Positions 30,274-38,745 of a DNA stretch of 64,000 nt are shown in pieces. Origin of the DNA: Clostridiales bacterium GWF2_38_85 (lineage in GTDB: Bacteria; Bacillota; Clostridia; Oscillospirales; CAG-382); NCBI GenBank assembly GCA_001797275.1, contig MGOY01000025.1, positions 30,964 to 94,963 of the forward strand, written 5' to 3'. The notes beneath the pieces are model-generated. The model was not told where the DNA came from. It saw nothing but the letters and a program-made list of their open reading frames with translations, and ran no database searches. Position 1 is the first letter of the stretch. Every line of letters begins with the position of its first letter. The position numbers and the translations under genes are program-made.

Positions 30274-31287
30274 TCAATATGATCTTATATAAATAAAATA
30301 GGACAAAGCACAGAAAAGTGCTGTTATAAATGTGAATACACCGACAATTTTAACCTCGCTCCAACCGCATTTCTCAAAATGGTGATGAATCGGTGCCATT
30401 TTAAATATACGCTTACCGGTCAGCTTATATGATAAAACCTGAAGAACATCAGATATTCCTTCGATAATATAGATAAACGCCAATGGTATTATCAGAAGCG
30501 GCATGTCAAACATAAATGTCATTCCGACTACCATCGCACCGAGAAAAAATGAGCCGGTGTCACCCATAATAATTTTTGCCGGATGAAAGTTAAAGATCAA
30601 AAATCCGATGAGTGCACCTATTATACTTCCGGCAAGAATTAATGTTCCTTCATTTGTAGCAATGACAGATTCGCTGATAGTCTTGATACTATCAATATTA
30701 AGTCCGAGAAGCATGAACATAACCATGATAATCAGCGAAATACTGCCTGCAAGTCCGTCAATACCATCGGTAAGGTTTGCACAGTTGACAATATAAACGA
30801 TAATAAGCATCATGAAAATATAATACATAATACCCAAATCAACAAAAATATCTATTACGGGGATATAAAGCTCGGTTGTTATGAATCCATAAAGGTTCAT
30901 CGCCAGTAAAAAGCCTGCTGTTACAAGGAACTGCAGAAGTAATTTCCCGATAACACTCAGACCTTTATTGCGTTTTTTGAACATCTTGATGTAGTCGTCA
31001 ATAAATCCGATTGATGCATGCGCAAGTGCCAGAAGCATACATATTATAAGCTTTGTCTGTGTTCCTGACAGTATATCTTTGAGTAAAACCAAAGCGGTTG
31101 CCAACAGAATAGAAAATCCGAAGAATACTCCGCCCATCATCGGGGTTCCTTCCTTGCATTTATGCCAGGAGGGGCCGATATCAAGAATCTTCTGTCCCAG
31201 CTTTGCTTTCACGAGTATGGGTCTGAATACGCAAATTAAAAATATTGTTAGTAAAAACGCAATTCCACCTGCTGTTATAATTTTCAT
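30274..31287 (-). CDS. mraY: Phospho-MurNAc-pentapeptide translocase
   Basis: KEGTPMMGG, GFIDD, NLTDGIDG, MGDTGS and MAPIHHHFE motifs. Confidence 0.97.
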   Translation of the reverse strand: MKIITAGGIAFLLTIFLICVFRPILVKAKLGQKILDIGPSWHKCKEGTPMMGGVFFGFSILLATALVLLKDILSGTQTKLIICMLLALAHASIGFIDDYIKMFKKRNKGLSVIGKLLLQFLVTAGFLLAMNLYGFITTELYIPVIDIFVDLGIMYYIFMMLIIVYIVNCANLTDGIDGLAGSISLIIMVMFMLLGLNIDSIKTISESVIATNEGTLILAGSIIGALIGFLIFNFHPAKIIMGDTGSFFLGAMVVGMTFMFDMPLLIIPLAFIYIIEGISDVLQVLSYKLTGKRIFKMAPIHHHFEKCGWSEVKIVGVFTFITALFCALSYFIYIRSY

Positions 31288-31344
31288 TTATATCTTTACT
31301 TCCTTTCGAAATGCGTTATAATCTAAGATATATAATAAATAAAT

Positions 31345-32742
31345 TTAATAAATTTTATTAATAGTTTTTATAAGACTTCCGAAATCAATAAGGTTGCTTG
31401 CCTTGAAAAGAACCGTATCTCCAGGTTCGAGAAGCTCGTTTATATAGTCGGCTGCAATGTTTTTTTCGTTAAGTCCGAAGGTCTTGCAATCCTTGCCGAA
31501 GCCTGCTTTGATGTGTTTTGCAAAGTCACCGATTGCAATCAATATGTCAACATTGTTTTTTGCAGCATATTCGCCAACTCTGGCATGCAATTCCTTCGAC
31601 TGTTCGCCAAGCTCAAGCATATCGCCGAGTACAGCAACTTTCCTGCCATCGCCGAGTGAAAGAACTGCGAGCGCTGCAGCCATTGATTCAGGTGAGGCAT
31701 TATAACAGTCAGCAATAACAATGATGTCGTTCTGCCTATAAATCCGCTGTCTGTTACCCGACGAAATAAATGATTTAAGCCCATCGACAATAGCCTTGCT
31801 GTCGAGTCCTGCTTCTGTTGCCGCTGCATATGCGGCAAGTGCATTAAGAACATTATGCTCACCGATGGTTGGTATTTGAATTTGAACCGACTTTTCTTTA
31901 TTGTGTAGAGTGAACACAGTTGAACAATCCTTATATCCTATGTTGTCAGCCCAATAATCCGCATTTGTGTTTTTGCAGGCAAAATAAATAATATCGTTGC
32001 TTACTGTCTGTTTTCCAGACAATATAACATCATCACCGTTAAGTATAAGCTTTCCGTTGTTTCGCAATCCGGTTATAATAGAAATTTTTTCCTTTAATAT
32101 ATTCTCAATATTACCCATGTTTTCAATATGCGCAGTACCTATGTTTGTGATTATGGCAATATCAGGTTTTGCAATTTCAGAGAGTATCGCAATTTCACCT
32201 TTTTGATTCATCCCTGCCTCGAGTATCAATATCTCGGTATCAAGCGGTGCTTCAAGGATTGTCAACGGCAAGCCGATCAAACTGTTTTTGTTACCTGCAG
32301 TTTTATGTATCTTCTTTGAGGCGAATGCAACCGCAACCATTTCCTTTGTCGTGGTCTTGCCGACACTGCCGGTTATTCCAATGCAATAAGCATTATTAAG
32401 GTAGTTCTCTCTGTAATATCTACCGAGTTTACCTAATGCATTTTTAACATCATCGACCATTATTGTGCCATCGGCAATGTATTCAGGATTATCAATAATA
32501 GCTGAATTACCGTTTTCAAGTATCTCTTTAACAAAAATATGCCCGTCGATACGCTCACCACGCAGTGCAGCAAAAAGTAATGTACTGTAATCTATAACAG
32601 TGTTATTACCGGCGGCAAGTATTCCGTCGACATTCCTGCCGTTTACATCCCTGCTATCGGTAACAACCATCATTATTATTTTATCTTTCCCTTGCAATTT
32701 TCCGCCAACGGCTCTTGCAATTTCCGATAGCAATAATTTCAT
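31345..32742 (-). CDS. murF: UDP-MurNAc-tripeptide--D-Ala-D-Ala ligase
   Basis: DSR, TGSVGKTTTKE, DCYNASPESM and LGDMLELG motifs. Confidence 0.95.
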   Translation of the reverse strand: MKLLLSEIARAVGGKLQGKDKIIMMVVTDSRDVNGRNVDGILAAGNNTVIDYSTLLFAALRGERIDGHIFVKEILENGNSAIIDNPEYIADGTIMVDDVKNALGKLGRYYRENYLNNAYCIGITGSVGKTTTKEMVAVAFASKKIHKTAGNKNSLIGLPLTILEAPLDTEILILEAGMNQKGEIAILSEIAKPDIAIITNIGTAHIENMGNIENILKEKISIITGLRNNGKLILNGDDVILSGKQTVSNDIIYFACKNTNADYWADNIGYKDCSTVFTLHNKEKSVQIQIPTIGEHNVLNALAAYAAATEAGLDSKAIVDGLKSFISSGNRQRIYRQNDIIVIADCYNASPESMAAALAVLSLGDGRKVAVLGDMLELGEQSKELHARVGEYAAKNNVDILIAIGDFAKHIKAGFGKDCKTFGLNEKNIAADYINELLEPGDTVLFKASNLIDFGSLIKTINKIY

Positions 32743-34994
32743 CAGTCGATTCCTTCATAGTATTTAAATTCTACTTCTATAACAGTTCCCTCAGTTACCA
32801 TACTTCCTGACTCGATGCTTTGGGATGATGCTTTTGAACCTGACCCGCTTTGATATGCTCCTGTTATTTTTATGTTCAATCCGGCAGCAATCAGTTTATT
32901 TGCTGCTGCACTCGGGCTGAGTCCGGACAGATTCGGAACAGAAATTGTGCGCTCAAGCCTTTGATCATCAGTATATAGTATGACCTTACCACCCTCGGAT
33001 ATTGTTTCACCAAATCTCGGCAGCTGATCAACGATTTTACTGCCTTCTCCGACAATTTTGCAATTTAACTTCAGCCCTGTTAATGCTGACTTTGCTTCTT
33101 CCGGAGTCATTCCTCTGTAATCATCAATATTAACTGAATATGTGTTGTCAGCATCGGTATTATTCTTAGGAATCTTCATATACGGAAGTACCTCAGTCAG
33201 CACCTTCGAAATAACAGGTGCTGCGATAAGACCACCGTAGTAATCTGTCCCGGTAGGCTCATCAATTGCTATATAAATAATTATCTGAGGGTCTTCTGCC
33301 GGAGCATATGCTATGCATGAGCTAACATAAGGAGTAAAACCATCTTCTCCAGCAACATCTTTCTTTTCCGATGTTCCTGTTTTTGCCGCTATATTGTAGC
33401 CTTCGACATAAGCATTTTTTGTAGAACCTACTTTAATGCCATCTTTCAATATTCCAATTATTGTATCACATACAGATTGAGAAACAACCTGTCTTGAATT
33501 ATCGTATTCAAAGGTTTTTATAACATTCATATCATCATCAATCAATGCTTTTGCGAAGTGAGGGGTTACCAGATATCCACCGTTTGCAACAGCTGCCAAT
33601 GCTCTTATATGAGCAATCGGAGTAACTTTAAATGTCTGCCCGAATGCAGAAACCGCAAGCTCGACTTCATTAAAGTTTTTATGCCAGATTGTTGATGCTT
33701 CATCACCAATATCTATGCCAGTCTTCTCAAAATAACCGAACTGATCAACATATTTATAAAATAAATCATTCCCTATTTTTAACCCTATCTGAACAAACGA
33801 AGGATTGCATGAGTTCTGGAGAGCTTCTACAAAGGTTTGTATTCCGTGACCGCCGGCTTTATGACAGTGTATCGGAATCCCACCGACAACAATACCGCTG
33901 CTCGGACATACGAATGTATCATCAAGATCGACAACCTTCTCCTCAAGTGCCATTGCTGCTGTAACAACCTTGAAAGTAGAGCCGGTTTCATAAGGTTCGG
34001 ATACAACTTTGTTGTTCCACATCTGGTAAAGCAGAGTGCTTTTATATGTGGTAACCTGCTCCTGTGTTCCTGCGAAGGAATCAAGCAGAGCCTGACTTTT
34101 GGCATCAAGCGTATACGGGTTGTTTAGGTCATAACCCGGCACAATAGACATCGCAAGGATCTCACCCGTATTGACATCCATTATAACACCCATCGCACGG
34201 TTACGTGGGTTATTTTCATCATATGCTTCCTGAAGATACTTTTCAAGAATGCTCTGTATGGTCCAGTCGATTGTCAGCACCATATTTGAACCGTCAATCG
34301 CATCTATATAGCTTTCGTATTTATAATCAAGATCATTACCGATGCCGTCCTGACCTTTTATGACTCTGCCGTCAACGCCTTTGAGTATGTCGTCGTAATA
34401 TCTTTCAATACCGTAAATTCCCTGATTGTCAACGCCGGTAAAGCCTATTACATGTGACGCAAGGCTTCCGTAATAATAATATCTTTTTGAACCTTCCTCA
34501 AGATGCACACAATGGCTCAGATCATTATCGAGTATGAATTGACGGACCAGGTCTGCTGTCGCCAAATCAACATTCTTTTTTATTATTTGATACTGACTCT
34601 GGGTTTTTGAAGCCTTGTCAAGTATTGTCGCTCTATCAACTCCAAGTATTTCAGCAAGTCCATCTGCGATAACGCTCGTTTCGGAAGTGCTTTTTATATG
34701 TTTAGGCGAAATGAAAACAGTCTCGACCGAAATGCTTTTCGCAAGTACTGTCATGTTACGGTCATATAATGTTCCGCGGTGTGCAGCAATGGTGTATTCG
34801 GTTGTGTATTGTTCCAATGCATCATTACGGTATTGTTCATAATTTATAAGCTGAAGGTAAGCAAGTCTTCCGACTAAACCGGCAAGCATAACAATTACAA
34901 TCGCAACTGCAGCGGTACTACGCCAGTTTATCGATTTCATTGTTACCTTTTCATTCTTTTTCAACAATCTGTTATTAGCTCTGATAATTTTCAA
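32742..34994 (-). CDS. Class B penicillin-binding protein with two PASTA domains (SpoVD/FtsI-type)
   Basis: RG..YDRN, STFK (SxxK), SCN (SxN), KTG and C-terminal PASTA repeats. Confidence 0.93.
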   Translation of the reverse strand: MKIIRANNRLLKKNEKVTMKSINWRSTAAVAIVIVMLAGLVGRLAYLQLINYEQYRNDALEQYTTEYTIAAHRGTLYDRNMTVLAKSISVETVFISPKHIKSTSETSVIADGLAEILGVDRATILDKASKTQSQYQIIKKNVDLATADLVRQFILDNDLSHCVHLEEGSKRYYYYGSLASHVIGFTGVDNQGIYGIERYYDDILKGVDGRVIKGQDGIGNDLDYKYESYIDAIDGSNMVLTIDWTIQSILEKYLQEAYDENNPRNRAMGVIMDVNTGEILAMSIVPGYDLNNPYTLDAKSQALLDSFAGTQEQVTTYKSTLLYQMWNNKVVSEPYETGSTFKVVTAAMALEEKVVDLDDTFVCPSSGIVVGGIPIHCHKAGGHGIQTFVEALQNSCNPSFVQIGLKIGNDLFYKYVDQFGYFEKTGIDIGDEASTIWHKNFNEVELAVSAFGQTFKVTPIAHIRALAAVANGGYLVTPHFAKALIDDDMNVIKTFEYDNSRQVVSQSVCDTIIGILKDGIKVGSTKNAYVEGYNIAAKTGTSEKKDVAGEDGFTPYVSSCIAYAPAEDPQIIIYIAIDEPTGTDYYGGLIAAPVISKVLTEVLPYMKIPKNNTDADNTYSVNIDDYRGMTPEEAKSALTGLKLNCKIVGEGSKIVDQLPRFGETISEGGKVILYTDDQRLERTISVPNLSGLSPSAAANKLIAAGLNIKITGAYQSGSGSKASSQSIESGSMVTEGTVIEVEFKYYEGID

Positions 34995-35113
34995 GATATG
35001 ACCCCGATCTATACATTATAATTAATATTATACTTGAACAGGCTATTATATTCTATTTGTATTATTTAATATTATGTATCGGGAAATGAAATTCTTTGTT
35101 AACTGAATTATTT

Positions 35114-35701
35114 TTATTCGCCAAAGAAATCCTTCAGTAGTTTTCCAATACCCGAAAGCATAAAACCAAAGCCTGATTTTTCGTCGTCTATCTCAACTAT
35201 CTCAGTTTTATCGGTATTGGTCATATTCACATATATAGGATTCTTCAATTGAGAATCTATCATTCCCAACTCCTTAGCGCGTGTTTGTATCATCCCAATA
35301 TCATCACGCTCGTCCAGCTTGGTTGCAAGCTTTTCCTTTTCCTCATTCAGATCGGTTACCTGAGATCTTAACTGAGTTAAATCATTGCTGAATGAATTTA
35401 ATTCTGCAAAGTAGACCATTATCACGAGAAGCAGCGAAGTTATAATTAAACATGAAAAGACTATTCCAATCGGGAAGGGAGTTTTTTTCTGTTGTTTAAC
35501 AGTGACTATTCTCGGCTTACGGGAAGGAGTTCTTCCGTTCGGATTCCTTTTTATATTCCTGCTTCTGTAGGCATTGTCTTCTGATGCCCTGACTGCAGGC
35601 AGCCTGTGTTCAGGCACTGATGATTTGCGGACACCCTGTGCCGCATTTGTACAACTGACTTGTTTTCTTCTATTATCATATGAGTTAATTTCTCTGCTCA
35701 T
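35114..35701 (-). CDS. FtsL-like cell division protein
   Basis: TM helix and leucine-zipper coiled coil, A.ELGM motif; located between rsmH and the PBP. Confidence 0.75.
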   Translation of the reverse strand: MSREINSYDNRRKQVSCTNAAQGVRKSSVPEHRLPAVRASEDNAYRSRNIKRNPNGRTPSRKPRIVTVKQQKKTPFPIGIVFSCLIITSLLLVIMVYFAELNSFSNDLTQLRSQVTDLNEEKEKLATKLDERDDIGMIQTRAKELGMIDSQLKNPIYVNMTNTDKTEIVEIDDEKSGFGFMLSGIGKLLKDFFGE

Positions 35702-35723
35702 AAATCATCATCCTTTTCAAATT

Positions 35724-36650
35724 TTAAATCCTTGTCGCCGCTCTCAGCTTTGCGCTGTGAGAACGGGTATTTTCGTTATTTTCTTCTTCAGAAGGGATAA
35801 CCGGCTTTTTGGTCAACAGCTTTATTTTAGGTTTATTTCCGCATACACATACAGGAAAATCCTTAGGACATATACAACCTACCCCCAACCCAGCAAATAC
35901 TTTTTTCACAATAGTATCTTCAAGCGAATGGAAACTGATAACCGAAATATTGCCTCCCGATTTCAATCTGTCAACTATGCTTCTCAGTGTCGGTCCTATC
36001 TGACCGAGTTCATTATTTACTTCGATTCTTATTGCCTGGAAGGTACGCTTTGCCGGATGCCCGCTTTTATCGAACTTCGGAACGCACCCGCTGATTATAC
36101 CGACCAGCTCAGCTGTTGTCTCAACCGGTTTTTTCGCCCGTTCTGAAACAATTGCTGCTGCTATTCGTCTTGCAAACTTCTCTTCTCCGTATTCGAAAAA
36201 AATTTTGACCAGTTCATTTTCGCTGTATTCGTTAACAATATTGTATGCAGTGAATATTTCGCTACTGTCCATTCTCATGTCAAGTGGTGCGTTTTGCATA
36301 TATGAGAATCCACGTTCGGGTGTGTCTATCTGATAAGAAGAAATACCGAGATCAATTATTGCTCCGTCAATCAAATCAATCTTCAGTTCATCTAAAATTT
36401 CATCGAACCTGTCAAAGCTGCTGTGTACAACCGTAAGATTGTCAACACCGGCAAAGCGTATTTCTGCATTTTTAATAGCAGCCGGATCACGGTCGATTGC
36501 AATAATTCTGCCCGTTCCGTTCAGGCGTAACAGGATTTCGTTTGTATGACCGCCACCGCCGAGGGTGCAATCAACATATATGCCGCCATCTTTAACATCA
36601 AGGAAGTCGACCGATTCCTTCAGCATGACCGAATAATGTTTATATTCCAT
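35724..36650 (-). CDS. rsmH: 16S rRNA m4C1402 methyltransferase
   Basis: DCTLGGGGH, DLGISSYQ, RGFSY, LDMRM, FQAIRIEVN, SFHSLED and SAKLR motifs. Confidence 0.97.
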   Translation of the reverse strand: MEYKHYSVMLKESVDFLDVKDGGIYVDCTLGGGGHTNEILLRLNGTGRIIAIDRDPAAIKNAEIRFAGVDNLTVVHSSFDRFDEILDELKIDLIDGAIIDLGISSYQIDTPERGFSYMQNAPLDMRMDSSEIFTAYNIVNEYSENELVKIFFEYGEEKFARRIAAAIVSERAKKPVETTAELVGIISGCVPKFDKSGHPAKRTFQAIRIEVNNELGQIGPTLRSIVDRLKSGGNISVISFHSLEDTIVKKVFAGLGVGCICPKDFPVCVCGNKPKIKLLTKKPVIPSEEENNENTRSHSAKLRAATRI

Positions 36651-36652
36651 AA

Positions 36653-37072
36653 TTAAAATCCCATTTTAATAAGTGTGCCTACTAACTCATCATTGTTGAC
36701 AGCTTCCTGTTCCTTACGCCATTCATCCGGGTTCCAGACTTCAATTCTGTTAGAATTGCCGATGAGCGTTGCTTCGTCATCAAGCCTTGCAAACTCACGG
36801 TAGGTGTTTGTCAAAACGATTCTTCCTTGTGAATCCGGAACAAGCTCGGTTGCGCTTGCATAAAAGAAGCGGCGTACGCGTCTTGCTTCAATTTCGGAAA
36901 GTGAGTCCAGCTTCTGGTTGAAGCTTGTCCATGAGTCCTTCGGATAGATCCAGAGGCAGCTGTCGATGCCCTTGCAAAGAATGAAGCTTTCGCCGAGATC
37001 AATTCTCAGTTTGGAAGGAATAAAAATTCTTCCCTTGCTGTCAATTGTGTGCGTATATTCGCCTACAAGCAT
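36653..37072 (-). CDS. mraZ: Division/cell wall cluster transcriptional repressor MraZ
   Basis: Two DxxGR motifs (DSKGRI, DSQGRI); first gene of the dcw cluster. Confidence 0.96.
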   Translation of the reverse strand: MLVGEYTHTIDSKGRIFIPSKLRIDLGESFILCKGIDSCLWIYPKDSWTSFNQKLDSLSEIEARRVRRFFYASATELVPDSQGRIVLTNTYREFARLDDEATLIGNSNRIEVWNPDEWRKEQEAVNNDELVGTLIKMGF

Positions 37073-37097
37073 TTCCGGATCCTCCTTTCGTCTGTTT

Positions 37098-37203
37098 TAT
37101 ACTAATTCGATTTAGAAACAGTGATGAAATTCGAGAAAAAGTCCTTGATATATGGACTTTCTAGAAGAATTTTTTCTACAGTTTCTTATGAGAAATAGTA
37201 TTG
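37098..37203 (-). repeat. Family C long-hairpin element, copy 2 (immediately 5' of the mraZ RBS)
   Basis: mRNA sense CAATACTATTTCTCATAAGAAAC...AAAGTCCATATATCAAGGACTTTTTCTCGAATTTCATC..GTTTCTAAATCGAATTAGTATA; homologous to 12820-12921. Confidence 0.8.
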
Positions 37204-37210
37204 CACTAAT

Positions 37211-37238
37211 CGATTGTGAAACTATAGTTTCACAATCG
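37211..37238. repeat. 28-bp perfect palindrome (family D), with a second copy at 57571-57597
   Basis: CGATTGTGAAACTATAGTTTCACAATCG versus CGATTGCGAAACTAATTTTTCACAATC; both preceded by TAAT. Confidence 0.7.
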
Positions 37239-37440
37239 GAATCGCCCACTGGGTGGGGTTTTCATTCGATTCCAAAACCTAATGAGGTTTACGAACCGAA
37301 TGGACTCCTATTTAGTCGCTTTGAAGGTGTCTTTTCGGTCGGGAAACCCGCCCGAGCGACGCAATTTATTATTTTTAACTTTTTTATTTAAACTTGAGTT
37401 CCGCAATTATCTATCTGTTTTACACTATAGAGTAGCATTT

Positions 37441-37490
37441 TTGTGGTCATTTGAGCCATTTCGCTCCACTTTGCACCACCTTGTGTCCAT
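37441..37490 (-). promoter_or_regulatory. MraZ-binding direct repeats (10-bp period)
   Basis: Minus strand ATGGACACAA GGTGGTGCAA AGTGGAGCGA AATGGCTCAA ATGACC. These are GTGG(A/T)G-type boxes just downstream of the -10. Confidence 0.75.
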
Positions 37491-37517
37491 TATATAAAAT
37501 TAAAGTTAAGATTGCAA
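37489..37517 (-). promoter_or_regulatory. sigma-A promoter of the dcw cluster
   Basis: TTGCAA-17 bp-TATAAT on the minus strand. Confidence 0.75.
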
Positions 37518-37801
37518 TACCTTTTGCAAAAAAAAATTAAAAAATTTTTATTATTTTATTGCATTATGTATACTTAACGGTTTTTGAAAAGATGATGTAA
37601 ATCAAGGGCAATTCGTTATTTGCTATTTTTTGGCAAATTATATTATGTAAACAAACATAAGTTCGTGATATGCCATTTTATAACATTATTAATACATGAA
37701 TTATATGAACAAGCACAACATATTGTACCGATTTGCAGTAATATATAAGATTGTGCACTACAAATTGTGCCAAAAGGCTCAATATTTATACGATTTCAGA
37801 C

Positions 37802-37844
37802 AAAAAAATAACTGCAAAGGTTGTTGTCAAATAACCTTTGCAGT
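37802..37844 (-). terminator. Intrinsic terminator
   Basis: Stem ACTGCAAAGGTTGTT/AATAACCTTTGCAGT with an A7 run on the left. Confidence 0.75.
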
Positions 37845-37873
37845 AAAACTTCATTTTTGTGAAGTTATATATT

Positions 37874-38152
37874 TTATTTATTAAGCTCTCTTTCAAGCCA
37901 TATTGTACCGATATCGAATGCCTGATATAGACTGTTTTTTTCGGTTTGCTTAACCAATCTTTCAGAAATACTCAGCTCGTCATCCGTTTTTATAATCTGT
38001 ACCGATACTTTTGTTGCAATCTCAATTCCGTCTTTAGCCGGAACAGCCTCCAAAATATTCATAAACAACATTACTCTATCGGTTGGATTTCCGTAATAAA
38101 TCTGTCTTCCCTCTCTGGCGAGGGGCTTCCCTTTATACATTAATGTTTTCAT
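37874..38152 (-). CDS. Hypothetical protein (92 aa)
   Basis: RBS GAAAGGA; YKGKPL.R.G..IYYG and L..A.DIG..WL pattern; downstream of ireB. Confidence 0.75.
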   Translation of the reverse strand: MKTLMYKGKPLAREGRQIYYGNPTDRVMLFMNILEAVPAKDGIEIATKVSVQIIKTDDELSISERLVKQTEKNSLYQAFDIGTIWLERELNK

Positions 38153-38283
38153 CTTCTATTGCATCCTTTCCCAATCTGAATTTCCGTTTTTCGCTGCCAA
38201 AACATATTTTCAGATTCCTAATTTATATGTTTAATGTCTAATGTAACACCAGCCTTTACTAACAAAATAATAAAAAAGATATT

Positions 38284-38538
38284 TTAAAGAGTCAGATAAT
38301 TCTGAACCAAAACCTTTAAAAGCTCATCTCTGTCGATTTTTCTGATAATAACACGCGCATTGTTATGATTGGTGATATAAGTCGGATCTTCGGAAAGTAT
38401 GTAGCCGACTATCTGGTTGATAGGATTGTAGCCTTTTTCTTTGAGAGAATTATACACACTTTGCAGTGCCTCTCTCATCTCTCTTTCCTTCTCAGTTTTT
38501 ATTGAGAACATCAGAGTTTTGTCTTCATTTTTTTGCAT
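38284..38538 (-). CDS. ireB: IreB/ReoM (DUF965) regulatory phosphoprotein
   Basis: [42 protein letters not shown]. Start refined to ATG 38538 after GAAAGGA. Confidence 0.93.
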   Translation of the reverse strand: MQKNEDKTLMFSIKTEKEREMREALQSVYNSLKEKGYNPINQIVGYILSEDPTYITNHNNARVIIRKIDRDELLKVLVQNYLTL

Positions 38539-38745
38539 CTGGCAAACCATCCTTTCCAAACTGATAATAATAAGGGACTTAAAATATCCGATAAGTTGAT
38601 ATTTCGGCACAGTTTATTGTAATTCCCATACGAAACTGCACCGAATATAGCTTTATAAATTATATTATACACATTTTAACGGTATTTTCAATACTTCAAA
38701 TAAAAATATTTGGTTAAAATATAGAAAAATTTGTTTCACATAAGC

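Noticed and set aside
37152-37497. Plus-strand ORFs of 79 and 71 aa upstream of mraZ
   Set aside because: They run through palindromic repeat modules and MraZ boxes, antisense to the dcw leader; no RBS or protein-like features.
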